A DNA stretch of 64,000 nucleotides from Chara braunii (taxonomy: Eukaryota; Plantae; Charophyceae). The translations under genes were made by a program, and so were the position numbers. Shown piece by piece: positions 1-14,540 of this stretch. The stretch is from positions 742,148 through 806,147 of the forward strand of contig BFEA01000021.1 of assembly GCA_003427395.1 (NCBI GenBank), read 5' to 3'. Position 1 is the stretch's first letter. Each line of letters begins with the position of its first letter. The notes under the pieces were generated by a model. The model was not told the origin of the DNA, ran no database searches, and saw only the letters and a list, made by a program, of their open reading frames with translations.

Positions 1-231
1 GAGAGAGAGAGAGAGAGACTCCGACTGTGTGATAACCTTTCGCCTGTCTCATTGATTCACCTCACACTAGGAGCTTGTGTCGGGAGCTCACATCATGAGC
101 TGCAGGCGTCTCCAATGCAATGTCCCAGATTGTTCCCCTGATTCTACTTTGTTCAGCAGGAGCCCTCCGGGATACCAATCCGAGAATGTATTAAAGGTAC
201 CTGGAGCTAAAATGGCAGCATATACCCCAAG

Positions 232-1246
232 AGCCTAGCTCAGTGGGTACACCCACGAACTGTTGAAACATGGACCCGGGTTCGAATCCAGATGATGGAA
301 CTTGGTGAGGAAAACCAATTAATTCCAGTGCTGAAAACCCGGTAGGACCGGGGGGTCCTCCCCCAACCGGAACCGGACCGGTCCTAGCCCATAGTGTTGT
401 TGAGGCCAAGGACTAGACCCACAGTGATTGCTGGCAGCAGCAGCCGGTGGTTGTCCTGACAGGATAGGCCACCTTCACTACCCTTCCCCACGTTANTGCT
501 CCCAGCGCACCCCCTATCCCTACTATCCTACCTCAGTGTCAGGACCATCGCCCTACCAGTATCGAGGGCAGTCACCAGACAGCAGTGACAAGCACCCCCT
601 AACACTATAACCCCCACCCTTCTTTTTCGAAGTTTTTGGGTGGGAAGCACCGTCCCTACCCTGCCACTAACACCCCAGTGTGACCAGCACTCAGGACCAT
701 CACCCTACCAGTATCGAGGGCAACTTGGACGAAGCACCCCCTAACACTACAACCCCTACCCCCCTTTCAAAGTTTTTGGGTGAGAAGTACCGTCCCTACC
801 CTGCCCCTAACACCCCCACCCCCCTCTTCAAAGTTCTTGGGCAGAACGTCAACGTTTGCAGAAAGCCAGGTACGTTGTTGTCAATGTCTGCTGAAGCCCA
901 TGCTGAAACCCCACCACTAACACCCTCACCATAAACCCCCCAACCCCCCAAACGAAACTTCTCTGTTCAAAGTTTTCTTTGCGGATTCGGGGAGATCTCG
1001 GTGAGCGCAGTCCAACCATGTTTTCAAAAAAAAAAAATTTTTTTTTTTTTGACCCACTTNTGGACCCAACCGGAATTCCGGTTGGACCACCGGGGGTCCA
1101 ACCGGCCCGGTTGGATCCGGGCCGGTCCAACCGGCAGGTTGCCGGCACAGCCATGATTAATTCTGAATTGCCTGGGGGCGGTCAGCTCAATGATGATATC
1201 TCAAGGCAGTCGCCTTCTTCAACAACCAAAAAAAAAAAAAAAAAAA
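232..1246 (+). mobile_element. tRNA-derived SINE (232-325 plus 1164-1246), interrupted by a hAT-type element
   Basis: A box TAGCTCAGTGG and B box GGTTCGAATCC lie in 232-300. After removing the 326-1155 insert, the body continues to a poly(A) tract at about 1228-1246. Confidence 0.7.
326..1155. mobile_element. Non-autonomous hAT-type DNA transposon
   Basis: Exact 8-bp TSD ATTAATTC (318-325 and 1156-1163). Imperfect TIR CAGTGCTG versus CATGGCTG, CCGG-rich subtermini, and an internal ~155-bp tandem duplication (about 540-840). Confidence 0.8.
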
Positions 1247-1316
1247 TACTCGAGGCGTAGGGTACCTGTAAGTTGTAAGAGCATTACCAATTGTGCACCT
1301 AAGATCCCAAACCCCA

Positions 1317-1791
1317 TGATTTTTTTTGTTTTTGTTTTTTTTCAAAGAAACAACACGAGTGAATGCTAGAGGTGCTGATAAGAGCAGACACCACTAGCAT
1401 GCCCGGGGAGGCTCCATCTATTGGTGGGGAGCAACACCTGCTGGAAACCGGGTCCAGCATGTTTACTCTGGAAATCATGAAAAGCATTATCCCTCTCTCT
1501 TTCAGAAGAAAAGGGAAATCCCATAAAGAATGTGATAAGGTCCCATAACCCACACTTTCAACCCCCGTCATACCAGATCTGTGGACCCCATTATGTCCAC
1601 TAGGGAGCTCCCTGCAAACAAGGGTAGTCTCGAGTGCCCATTTAAGAAGGGGGATTACAAGACCTCATCATGAACTTCCCAGTCACACATTGTCGTCCGA
1701 TGGCAACAGGTGTTTCAACACGTTAACGCACATCCAGACATCCGGCATCTCACTGCTCGTGTATATCATGGTGACAATGAAGTTGAATGAA
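1317..1791 (-). mobile_element. 5'-truncated LINE 3' end
   Basis: T-rich tract at 1320-1342 is a minus-strand poly(A). The tail motif at 1371-1460 is shared with the L1 copy at 48.3 kb. Probable TSD CCCAAACCCCA / CCCAGACCCCA (1306-1316 and 1792-1802). Confidence 0.7.
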
Positions 1792-2176
1792 CCCAGACCC
1801 CAACACCATCCTAACCACACCCCGATATATACCCTGACAGTAGGATCTGTCCGGAACAGGGGGGTGCTCAAAATTAGATATCTCTGCGACTTTTGTCTGT
1901 TGTTTTTTTCCCTCTCGGATTTTTGCCATATTTCACAGCCAAAACGTTGTTTGCATTACACTGGCTGAGTCTGGCTCACAATTGTTCTTTTCTTTTTTTC
2001 TTTTCCAGTACGTTTTGTAAATTTATTTTCCGAAAAATCAAAATCTGGAAAAATGCCAGCAGCATATAATTTGATATAAAACTTCCGATCTAAACCCGAA
2101 CACCATCCGGACATCGGTATTCCAGCCTGGGCATTCACTGTCCACATGACTATCTGGATGTCTAGATAGCAACCAT

Positions 2177-2277
2177 CATGGCAGCCGGCGTTCAGCTGGG
2201 GCCGAACAGCCGAACACCCGAATGTGCGGGGCCCCCTTTAGACGTGTTTGGCCGTTCGGGCCGAACACGGAGCCAAA

Positions 2278-2311
<34 letters not shown>

Positions 2312-4046
2312 CCTAGGCTACCAGCCCAGCCACCCGGGTCACCTTGTTTTCCAGGGCGGCCCGGTTGTACAAGGGCTAAGGAAGTTCCCAGCAAAAAAAA
2401 AAACTGAAAAACAACTATGTTATGTGGAAAAAAATAAGCTTAATAAACTGAAAAAGTTTCTCCTCAAGGTCATATCAATTTTTTTTACCAAATAAAAAAA
2501 ATAATAATAATAATAACAATTTTGCATTTTTTTTGGCCCGGTGGGTTAAGCCCGGTACCCCCTAGGAAAAATCTGGAAAAAAAAAATTGTTATGCAGAAC
2601 AATAAACTGAACAACATTTTTATTTTTATTTTTTTGGGAAAGGGGCAACCATCGCAGTATGATCCAGGCACTCCACGTTCATACCACGGTTGCCGTTCAA
2701 TTATACAATCAGGAAAACGGGTCCAGCGTCCCTCACATCAATAGCAAGATTTCAAAAACGAGGGATCAACCATCCCCACCAGTTCATTCCAACAAACTAC
2801 CAAAACAAATGGGCAAGCATCCAAGGGTATGCCCACACCCTGCAGAACCATCCTGCCTCCCGCACAGCAGGGGTCTATATCCACAGAACCCGCAACTGCA
2901 GACGTAGGCCCCGCAAAACCCTCCCACCTCCTCGAGGCTCAGGGCGGATTTTGCACCTCTATCCATTCTCACCATTACCAAAACATCAGCTCCCGCCAAA
3001 AACATCAGCTCCCGTTTGCAAACCAGCGGAAATAACCTACCACCCACGTGGCAAGGGCCACAGACCCCGCAAAACCCTTCCTCGCGATTTAAGGTAAACC
3101 AATAACCCCAATCTGCATTCACTCCGGAACAGAACTTCACCGCCCTCCATGATTAAGTGCTGGCAGCGTGGTACTCACCAATCCATCTAAAAATATTGGA
3201 TGATAGAAAAAAAACAAAAAATAAAGGTGAATGTCGAGACAACATATACTATTCAAACCCGCAGAAATACCCCACCACCTGCACGGCAGGGTTGAAAGAC
3301 CCCGCATCCCCACCCTCCTCCTCGCGGCATAGGGCAAACTACTCGACATATCTGCGCCATCTCTGTAAGAAACCCATCGCCCACCAGGAGAGAGTCTCAG
3401 CAGAGAAACGCTCACTCAGCCGTCTCAAAACATTGCAAGAAAACTATAATCCTAACTACTGCCTCGGTGTTACAGCCAAATTCTTTACCAAATTTGACAT
3501 AAAAATAAAATACGGAAAATAAATTTAAGTAAGTAAATAATAATAAGAAGAAACATAAGAAAAAACGAAAAGACAATTAAAAGCAGTGAGTGGGCCGGCA
3601 CATTTTTGACACCGCCATCTTTGGCGATTTTTCATTTTTTTTGGCTCAGTCAAATGCCCTGGAAATTTATAGGATGTATTTCACATGTTACAAAACTCAT
3701 TAAAAAAATAAAAACAAAATAAACTTGGTTAGGCCCCAAAATAAAGTGGAAAGAAAAAGTGAAAAGAGAAAAAAATACAAAACAGTGAGTGGGCAAGCAC
3801 GTTTTCACACCGCCATCTTTGATGATTTTTCTTTTTTTTGACTTAGCAAAATGCCTTCAAAATTTAAAGGCATATACCTCATATCATAGAGAACTCACAA
3901 AAAAAAAAAATAATAATAATAATAATATTGTTTATGCCCCGAAATATTTTTTGGCGGGGGCCGAACCCCTTCAGGTTTGGACCCCAAACGCCGAAACGTT
4001 CGGGGGTCAGCCCGGGGGCCCCCAAACGTTCGGCCTGGTAACCTTA
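2177..4046. mobile_element. Long-class hAT-type non-autonomous element carrying nested inserts (short MITE 2313-2565; LINE-tail insert about 2617-3458)
   Basis: Termini CATGGCAGCC and GGTAACCTTA. Shares the CCGAAC-rich subtermini and two internal AAAGATGGCGGTGTCAAAA-type blocks with the 38353-39164 copy. The consensus resumes at about 3460 after the insert. Confidence 0.75.
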
Positions 4047-5254
4047 GCAAGGGTTCAGCCTCCTGATGAATCGGTGAAACTCCGGCGAAACAGTTTGTCA
4101 CAGCCCCTCATTCGTCCTCTTCTCCGTATCTGCCTACGGTTTACCGGGCAGCTCTGTTTGACGATATATAATATATACCGGCCAGCTCTGTTTGATGAAG
4201 CGGTCCAAGCGTGAAGTTCCCTCCCCCGGGAAAAAGCGGGGGTGGAGCCTGCGGCAGTGCCAAGCGGGACCGAGGAGGACAACAGGCCGCGGTCGCCCAA
4301 AAAAAAAGTGCGGCGGTGTCTTTTGGCCACGGGGCTACCTGCACACATCCCGGACCTGGCGTAAGCAAAGTTGCACGGGAGCCATAGAGATCCTGAGATC
4401 GAGCGGAAAAAGTGCACTGGGGGCTGCAAGAAGACCAGCAACAATTGCACATGCAGCGAGTGCGCGGACGTGCTGGCACGTGTTGAGGTGAGCATGTGTG
4501 TGGAGGCGCAAAGGTGGTCATCGTGATCCGGGGATGGCCGGTGTCATTGCCCATCTCAGAAAATTCCACATCACAGTGTTCTGTGCTTTTTGGTGCTGTT
4601 TTGCTCTTCTCTACGGTACAGGGCGACACGAGTGTGCTGTGGCTGAGTGGCGCACAGTAATGAGAGCTCTGGGGGAGAGAGAGAGAGAGAGAGATCCGGG
4701 CATGCCCTAAGGATCGCGCACACGCGCGCGCATGAGAGAGAGAGAGAGATCCGGACGTGAACGCACGAAGATATGAGCGCGCTTTTGGCTTGACAACTCT
4801 GTGGGCCAGCGAACCTATCGGAAAAGTGCAACCATATTCGTCTCTTTCTCGATCCTGGGCGTGATCACCATCAGATGCTTCTACGAAAGTGATAGGACAG
4901 CAAAGTGCAAGTTTGGGTATGCGCGCCTTGGGCACGTGCGAAGCTTTGCGAGCTTGGATGGTGGGAAAAGGAGGCGGATGACCAAGGGGGGAGGCGGAGG
5001 TGAAGCTCACAGTGGAGGACTAGGTGGTGGGGACCTTGGACAGGGATGGTGGACAGCATGAAGGGGTGCACGACGACGGAGATGATGGAGGATGAGGGGG
5101 AGGAGGAGCAGGTGGAGGTGGAGGTGGCCAAGGAGGAAGGTGAGGAGCAGGAGTGTCAGTTTGTCGTGTTCTTTTTTTTTGCCACTTTTTTGCTCTATTT
5201 TCCACCTCTTGTTTTTTTGTTTTGAGTCGGTGTTGAAGTCGCACGCGGGCCTGA

Positions 5255-5490
5255 CCTGCACAGGGGCCATGCCAATCTTCACTGTTTCATCCTCTCCTAC
5301 TGGGAGGCGGACACGACTGAGCAGGAGGGGGAAGACGCGGAGTTGGTGGGAGGATATGGTGAGCACGAGGACATGCTGCTGGGAAGAGGAGGTTGTGGGA
5401 GAACGACAGGGATTGCGGGGAGGGAAGGCCGAGATGGGATCACAATGGACTCCTGTGACTGGCACAGGGCCATGCTCTGTATTGTTCAAT
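5255..5490 (-). pseudogene. Two degenerate U6 fragments (5255-5292 and 5462-5490)
   Basis: Plus-strand CCTGCACAGGGGCCATGCCAATCTTCACTGT and GCACAGGGCCATGCTCTGTATTGTTCAAT match the reverse complement of the U6 core. Confidence 0.7.
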
Positions 5491-5705
5491 CGCAGGAGAA
5501 TGAGGAAATGACTGAGCAGGATGGGGAGGAGGAGGAGATTGTAGGTGGATGACGGGGAGGGGGGGGAGAAGGTGGATAACGAGAAGGGAGAGGTAAAGCG
5601 AGGGGTTGCAATGGATGAGTAGGAGGTGGCGGACGAGGAGGTGGAGATGGTGGATGATGAAAGAGCGGAGGTGGCCAGACAGTAGCGGAAGCTTTTTTTT
5701 TTAAT

Positions 5706-5791
5706 AATTTGGACCATTTCCCAATTTATTTGTCATTCTTGCACACGGGCCATGCTAATCTTCTCTGCATTGTTCCAATTCTATAGATGCC
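5706..5791 (-). pseudogene. U6 snRNA pseudogene, near full length, A-tailed
   Basis: Reverse complement reads GGCATCTATAGAATTGGAACAATGCAGAGAAGATTAGCATGGCCCGTGTGCAAGAATGACAAATAAATTGGGAAATGGTCCAAATT, followed by an A-tract (T at 5693-5702). The ACAGAGA box is mutated. Confidence 0.9.
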
Positions 5792-5991
5792 TGAACAACA
5801 TGATGCTAACAGATCATGCTGGGAAGAGGTTGAGGTGACTGAACAGAGGTCACAATGGAAGAGGAGGAGGTGGCCGAAGGTGGCGAAGGAAAAGATGGTC
5901 GGGCAAGCGGAGGAGGAAAAGGAGCTGGCGGAGGAAGACGGGCAGAAGAAGCAGAGGAAAAAGAGTGATCGAAGATCACCTACAACATAAT

Positions 5992-6029
<38 letters not shown>

Positions 6030-6871
6030 AGGAAAAACTTGGACGCGTCACGCACGGAACAGAGCAACCAGGAGCGGAATAGGCAGAGGTGTGAAACAAG
6101 AACAACAAAGAGGAGGAGGAGGAGGAGGAGGAGGAAGAGGAGGACCAGGATGACTCGGCGCAGGAAAAGCAAGATGAGGAGGAGCTCTAAGATGCTGACG
6201 AGCTGGGGGGGGAAGGAGGAACAAGAGGTGTAAGACGAGGGAAGCAGAAGAAGAAGAAGAAGAAGAAGAGGGATGACAATGAAGAACATAATGGAGACCA
6301 AGCATCCGAAGGACGCATGCCGCGTGGCTTGTGGAGGAGAGCAACGAAGGATCAGCAGGAGGAAGACGAGGAGGAGGCAGGGACAAGAGAAGGTGGGGCT
6401 GGAGATGGGAGGGCGATCAACATGAAGCTATTCTTTTGTTAAAGTTCCTCGGAGTGTGGGGCTCTGTTCGGGTGCCGTTCTTCTCTTTCTCGCTCCCTCC
6501 GACTATGGTGCTCCTTCGCTGTCTCTACTCCCCTCTGCGGAGCCGCGGCTGTCCACTTGTATATATAAAGAAAGAAGAAAAATGATTAAAATGAATGGTT
6601 TCAGTATGTTCTTCACGTTTGCCTTGTGTATTTTTAGCGTTTGGTTTGGAAGGTGCACTCTCTTCGTTCATAGATATGTGACGATATATGATGCAAGTCA
6701 GTGGTTAGGGGATACTCAAAGTTCGACTAAGTTACACATTTCGTGATGCCAACCGCAACTATGGTTAAGTCCGACTCAAGAAGTCCAACTCTGAGTAATA
6801 GAGCCTAAGCTACAGAACAAGATCCAGGGCTCTGTAAGGGCATACGGGGAACATGAACAAATGGGCCGCAC

Positions 6872-6967
6872 CTGAGAAACTGATGGGCGGTCAACTGGGT
6901 TGCGATCTGGAGAAATCCCATCATCCTTCAGTCCAAACGAGCTCGTTGGAAATGCACACACCCTCAC
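6872..6967 (-). CDS. Patatin-like lipase exon 6
   Basis: CAG acceptor, 96 nt encoding VRVCAFPTSSFGLKDDGISPDRNPVDRPSVSQ, donor GTGCGG. The expected terminal exon was not found in the window. Confidence 0.9.
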
Positions 6968-8063
6968 CTGCACCGTATTGATCATCATTAATGGGCATAT
7001 AATACCATTCATAACATCCAAAAGAGTTCAATGCTGTCATTGGCCTAATTGTTGTCACACCATATGTCAACAACGGGAGCATAAGAGACGGCAATTAAAG
7101 ACAAGGCAAGCCAGCAACCACACCGCAAAAAAGCAGATACAGCCTACCACTACTGGTTCCCTGCAGGTGCACACATCTGCAACCACAAAGACAGATTATG
7201 GATTAAATTGTGGACAGCACCTTCAAACTATAATCGCAAGGTCTTCCAACCCAATAGCCACCAAAAGCCAAGCAAAGCATGGCTTGATGCATATACAACA
7301 TGCTCCCACAGCACTTCAATGACCTGAGAAGTTGGCAAGAGACTGGTGACAAAATGAAGATCTCTTTCAGGCAGTGTCAGTTCCATTTCCTTTTCAGTGG
7401 TGCAAAAAGTGTACATAATCTTCCGACTCTATAGAAACAACTCTTCAATACTATAAATATTCTGATTCTAATAGAAAAATTAAGAAAATTGAGTATTTCA
7501 GATATTTCTACAGAAACACTTCTTTAACACAATCTTCCCACTCTAATAGAAAATTGATTATTTCTATTACTGAAGAGGCATGAGTGGGTTTCATGATGTA
7601 ACATTTCATTCTGACTTGCCGATGGAACAGGAACCGGACTGATGCTCCCCAGAATGGAAACGGAGCCAGGACCATAAGGACCTGTTTTATCGACTTTTAT
7701 GTATAAAAAAAAAAAAAGTTACATCACCGTGAAGGGTCACTTCGTGAATCCAAGTTAGAAACATGTCTCAACTCTCAAGCCACCACAAACCTGTTTTAGT
7801 ATTATACTCTTTTCTAAACACGAGACTGATTACAGAAATAAACTTACTCCCTTTTTTGCAACTGTGAAAGAACAAAATGCTTTCTGAAAGACCCGTTCAA
7901 CAACAGGTGAACTGGACATAGGATTATCTGTGAGAGGACACAATGCTCATCAGGCAGGTGATATTGAACAAGCCACTACAACAATGTGGCTTTAGAAGAA
8001 AGAATTGACCTGGCAGCAGCTGATTTTCGATTGTACGCGTATAGACTCGCATCCAACACTTAC

Positions 8064-8160
8064 CGTCGTCTCACTGGCCGTAGGGGGCATAAATGCAGTA
8101 ATGCCTCCATCTATACAAACACGATTGCGGAAAATAGTCACAGGCCTGGGAGCCAAGTAC
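8064..8160 (-). CDS. Patatin-like lipase exon 5 (catalytic Asp, DGG)
   Basis: CAG acceptor, 97 nt encoding (G)YLAPRPVTIFRNRVCIDGGITAFMPPTASETT, donor GTAAGT. Confidence 0.95.
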
Positions 8161-11100
8161 CTGCCAGGAAATCCACAAACCAAAAATTGTTCCTCATTTA
8201 AACACCAAAAAAGACAAAAGACATTCCGGAAACTGTCAGGAAAAATACAACCAGCAAAAAAAAAAAAAAAAAAAAACTATGTGCGAGGAATGTGCCCTCT
8301 CGGTGCCCTTATGAGACATACAAGTGTTCTGGGCTGTGACCCCCAGCAAGCCTCGAGCCCGCCCTAAGTGAAGGCAGGCCTGAATATCCACACGAGGCCT
8401 CTTCTTGACATTTTTTCCATATGTGGGGTATCAGACAGTTGCAGCACACCAGTTGGTTACAAAGCACTGACCCTTTCTTGGCTCTTTCCAAAAGCAACAG
8501 CTCCGCTGCGCAGTTGAGCCCAGGGCCCCGGTTGGTTGCGCCCTGGGCACACATACTGGGAGGCCAACACATCACGCAGAGGCCGCGGACCGATGAGAAA
8601 GCAGCATTTTCTTCACACAACCTGGACGAGCCAATGAGAATGCGGCAAACACTGGAGCCTCGACAGCTGCCCGGATGTGCCCAACTTTAAAGGGCCCAGG
8701 CCCGTAACAGCAGAGGTGGGCCTGGACGCAGACACTGGGGCCTGACTGGAAGCTACTGGAAACTTCCCCAGCCAGGCCCAACAGGACCAAAAAAAAAAAA
8801 AAAAAAAAAAAAAAGGACCTCCAATGCACTTTCCAGGGTGGAGGGGGTTAACTTGGGGCCGAAAGTGGGGGTCCCTGTTAAGTGATAGTGGTGCCCTGCC
8901 CAGGCAGCCGCATTCTGGCCTGAGCAGGCAATGCGACCACGCTGCTGCTACGCCATGCGAAGCTACTCTATGCAGCCAGGCCGGAGTGCACGCGGGCGCC
9001 GAGAGGTGTGAGAGCACTGTGGTGGCAGTGCACGCACGGCGGCCATAGCCGGGCCGAGCGTGCTGGTGGCAGGTGATGGCAAAGGTGGTCTTTGGGTAGG
9101 AGGCGCATGCAGAGGGGAACAAGGGGTTATGAGGGGAGGAGAGAGAATGTACCTGGTGTACGCAGGCGGTCGGCATTGGTGATGACGTCACGGTCATTGG
9201 TCTTCAGCTTCGATGTGATCTGGTTGCAGGAACATAGATAGGTGTAGATAGGCTGAGTAGAGTAGGCTGGGCGCTGGGCGCCACATAGGAGCGACATTGG
9301 ATACTGTGTTGGTGTGACCAGAGAGTGGCGACATTGACATACGAGTTCATTGTATTGCTCTTATTTGGAGGTTATTTTGGTGCATTGTGCTCTCTGCTTC
9401 GTACATGACTATCTGAGCTACTTCGTGATTTTGCAACTTGGTTTTCTGTCTATCGCTCTTGCTCACATTCCTTGCAATTTGGCGTCGGAGCTGGTTCGAT
9501 ATCGCCGTTACCGGCGCTGGCGACTTTGTTACTTGATGCTGTCGAAGCTTCTACGCAGTAAGGATACATTGGCGCTGCCTGATTGGGCAACTCCCGGGTA
9601 GCGGGGAGTGTCGTCGGAAGGCTGTGGCGACAGCGGATGTATGTGGGATGATGAGAGCATGCTGACATGGCATTTTGGCTGAGGTGGCACTCCATTGCAT
9701 TGTGTGTGGCACCCCTTACCTTATCTTCCCATCTCATTCTCTTCTTACCGTGAGGAAGTGAGTTCGACTTCAGAGTCCTCTTCTTGGTCAGGAATCGTGA
9801 GCGCTGTACCTTGAGAGTCGACAATCTTCCTGGTGGTGCGCTGTAGAGGGAAAATGGACTGACCAGTCCTATGCGAGACGTGCAGCACACCGTCTATAAA
9901 GAACCTCTGGCGGGATCTGATATCTGGCTGTGATCACCATCCTGTCTGCGACGTTAAATCATTCCTGAGGACTTTGGGGGCTGTCCTTACATTGCCTCTT
10001 GATCAGCCAGATCATCAGATGGAAGGCTCGTTGCACGCGAGGATAAACAAAGGGCAGAACTGGTCATAAGCGGGTTCCTGGGCACAGGGGTGGGCCAATA
10101 TGCACACCTTAGACACCGCTGCTTGATGATGCAAGACGGGAACGTCTGGTGCAGGGGAAGGGAAGGTTCCAATTGGTGCTCGATCACAAACACAACTATT
10201 TCCATTTCTGCATATATATGTGCACGATTTATTTTTATTTTTGATTAGTTTAGGTGTGACCGACTGCTAACACCTGACAAACAGCATTAGATTAGGACTG
10301 TAGTAGTCTCCCATTGCCAGTTCTATGTGATGCTGCTGTAAGAGAACTGATCGAAGTAGGAATAGATCATTTGCTCAGCGAGTGTACAACTGTTGAAACC
10401 ACTTGATCGGTAGCTCGGTTGACTTGCCAAATATTTAATAATTTTTATTTATTTTCAAATCGGTCAGAGACATGCTGCGGTAGGCTCGAGTGAGGGCAAT
10501 AGTGCAGACAGTGATCTGCCTAGCTGATGAACAGTACATATAGTGGGGAAGGGACAGCAGACGATAGGAGGCAAACACGGCGAGATACACAAAGCATTCC
10601 CGTTGTGTTCCAAGTTCTGCTACCAGGGGACGCGAGAAGGTTCCGGGCCGAAGCAAGGGCCCAGCATTTGTATAGGGCCAGAGAGGCAGCAGCAGAGGCT
10701 GAACGTGCATTAGGAGCAGCAGCAGCTAGTGCTGACGCCATGGCAACTTCTGCAGCGACCTCTCAAGGTCAGCAGACTACAGGGACATTTGCAATGTCCC
10801 CTGTCTCATCCAGTGCAATGAGTGCAGGACCCTCCAACAGACAGATGGCTGGCTCGCAGTACAGCCAGCCACCTCCGCCCACTAGGGAGGAGTTAGAACT
10901 CCAGCAAGTAGAGCTACTCCGCTTACGATTAGAGAAGCAACTGAGAGACGCTACCGAAAGAGAAGACAATATCAGGAATAGGAAAGCTAGATTGGACAGC
11001 AGATTGACAGATAGGGCTGCACTTGAAGGGTTGGACGATTCCGATCTGGATGATGCGGGCGGATCTGCTGGGTCTCAATGAGTATTTTGACAGCCGACTG

Positions 11101-11759
11101 TATGAAATCCAGTCAACCCTTGACCTGATTCTGACGGCCGTGCAGGGAAGCGGAGGAGCACTGCCCTCCATACCTAGCAGGCCAAGTGTCCGGATGCAGC
11201 CAGTCTAAACATCGCCGGTTCCTGTACCAACGGTGACAGGCCCGTTTGCTCCCCAATTTGGTATCATACCAGGTGGTACGTCAGCAGCAGCAGCACAGAC
11301 TGTTGCTTCTTCGTCCTCAAATCCAGCTGCTGCAGCTGCAGGGCAGCAGCCGGTCCAGTCAACGGCTCAGCCGGCCGGACAAACCAGAGCACAGCAACCT
11401 TGGTAACCCAAGACCCCAATGAAACCCCCAACTGTTTTCACAGGAGACGAGAAGGATGAAGCCCTCAACACATGGTTGAGGACAGTTCCATTGTGGGTGA
11501 GGGCCAAGCGTACTCTGCGTGAGGAGGAGGTGATCACTGTCGCTTCCTACCTAGAAGGACCGTCAGCAAGATAGCTGAATGGGCGCATAGCGACAAAGAA
11601 ATTCGCCAAGCGAATGAATGACTGGGCGCAGACCCAGACTCTAGAAAGCTTTATGGACTTGGTGGAAGCGCGATGGCACAATCCCCGGCAGGCTCAGCAA
11701 GCCACTGATGTGTTGGCCTGTTTTTCATACTAAAAAGTACAAGACAACCTTCATCAGAT

Positions 11760-13190
11760 CTTTGTGCAACAATCCATCATGCGTTCGACTTAGACAACAA
11801 CCTTCATCAGCATTTTGTACGCGCATACAAGTCTGATCCACAATATGCCACTCTCTATGAGCAACTTTCTTCGGATCACCTGCCGCCCAGTCACTATCGC
11901 ATCGCCCACGGCTACTTGCTTCTCCATTCACGCGGCAAGGACTTACTATGTGTCCCACGAGACCGTCGACTACGAACTCGCCTTCTCGGCGAGTACCACG
12001 ACTCGCCTCACCGGCCACTTCGGAGTCAACCATACGATCGCAAGACTTCAACAAATTCTGATGGCCTGACCTCATTACCGATGTCACCCGGTATTGCGAA
12101 TCTTGCAAAGTTTGCAGACGAAGCAAATCCCGCAACCGCAACACCTATGGCGAGTTGCACCCGTTGCCTATCCCTCGGGAACCCGGCCACTCCATTGCTA
12201 TGGATGCACCGGCTCTTTCCCCTGTGATCGCTTCGGGCACGATGGCATTCTCACGATCATTGACCGTTTGAGTAAGTACGCACGATTTCTTCCTTGCAAG
12301 TATCACACCCTAACTTCCGAGCTCGCACGACTCTTGCACACCGGCTGGATTTGCAGCCACAGCGTTCCAGAGGATATCATCAGCAACCGCGACACTCGGT
12401 TCATGTCGGCATTTTGGACTTCTCTCATGAAGGACTCCGGCACCGAGATGAAACCGAATTCGGCTCGGTGTCCACAAACAGAAGGGCAAACGGAACGGGC
12501 ACATCAAACCGCTCAAATGATGCTCCGTACACTCATCCGTCCAGACCAAAAGGATTGGGTTGACCGCCTCCCCAACATCGAGTTTGCCTACAACACTTCG
12601 ATGCATCCCGCGATCCGCGTGACTCCATTTGAGTTGCACCATGGTGGCCAGAAAGGCCGTATCTTTGCCGATCTCTTACCTCCACGGGCTACCAACATTG
12701 ACGCCCCTTGCTCTCCCGCCTCCGTTTGGAAGTACCGGGACTTGCTGGCCCAAGCCCGCGCAAACAGGCAAAAGGCTCAAGTCCGCATGCAGCAGCAAAC
12801 CAATCGGTGTCGCATGCCATGTCCTATCCGTGCCAATGACCTTGTTTGGGTCTCCGCAGAAGAGTTTGTGCTCAAGCAAGACGTTTCGGGCAAGCTACTC
12901 CCAAAGTGGTTTGGACCTTGGACCGTCAAATCAGCCGCCGGCGACGAGCCCAATGGCCCATCATTTGTGATCGAGATCCCGCCACATCTACCGGTACACC
13001 CCGGTCTTCCACACCTCCAAGCGGGCTACGTATACACCAGCCAAGAGCAACGACTTCCCGGACCGACGATCACAGGACCCTCCAATGGATGGTCATCAGG
13101 AGATTGATCGCATCGTCGCGCACCGCAAGTACAGCAACAAGCCGATGCAGTACAAGGTTACATTCAAGTGGGGTGTGACCGTGACGACAC
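11760..13190 (+). pseudogene. Gypsy integrase plus chromodomain, frameshifted
   Basis: HHCC finger (EYHDS..GHFGVNHT...CESCKVC), core ILTIIDRLSKY...VPEDIISNRDTRF...PQTEGQTER...EFAYN, GPW motif (KWFGPW), then EIDRIVAHRKYSNKPMQYKVTFKWG. Confidence 0.92.
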
Positions 13191-13361
13191 ACGGTGTACT
13201 TCGCAGACTTACAAGCCTCCGCACTGCTTATCTACGCCCACTACGAGCGACAACGACTAAAAGGAAGCTTCTCAGCCTGCCCCTCCCACCGGGACCTCAG
13301 TCTCTCCCTTCGACAGACAGCTTCGCCCTCGCCGGTAAGCTCGATCTTTTAAGGAGGGGGC

Positions 13362-14540
<1,179 letters not shown>

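Noticed and set aside
232-300. tRNA gene
   Set aside because: A and B boxes are present, but acceptor and anticodon stems do not form; it is better read as a SINE head.
1372-1460. Hammerhead-like CTGATAAG...GAAAC-CGG-GTC on the plus strand
   Set aside because: The core is not CUGANGA, stem I does not pair, and CTGA is not conserved in the other copies.
1625-1652. Minus-strand LLKWALE, resembling the expected last lipase exon (L.NWALEP)
   Set aside because: No AG acceptor in phase, downstream residues do not fit, and it lies inside a probable TSD-bounded LINE fragment.
4141-6585. Long overlapping ORFs
   Set aside because: Low-complexity purine/pyrimidine-tract translations with no domain, lying in a probable intron.
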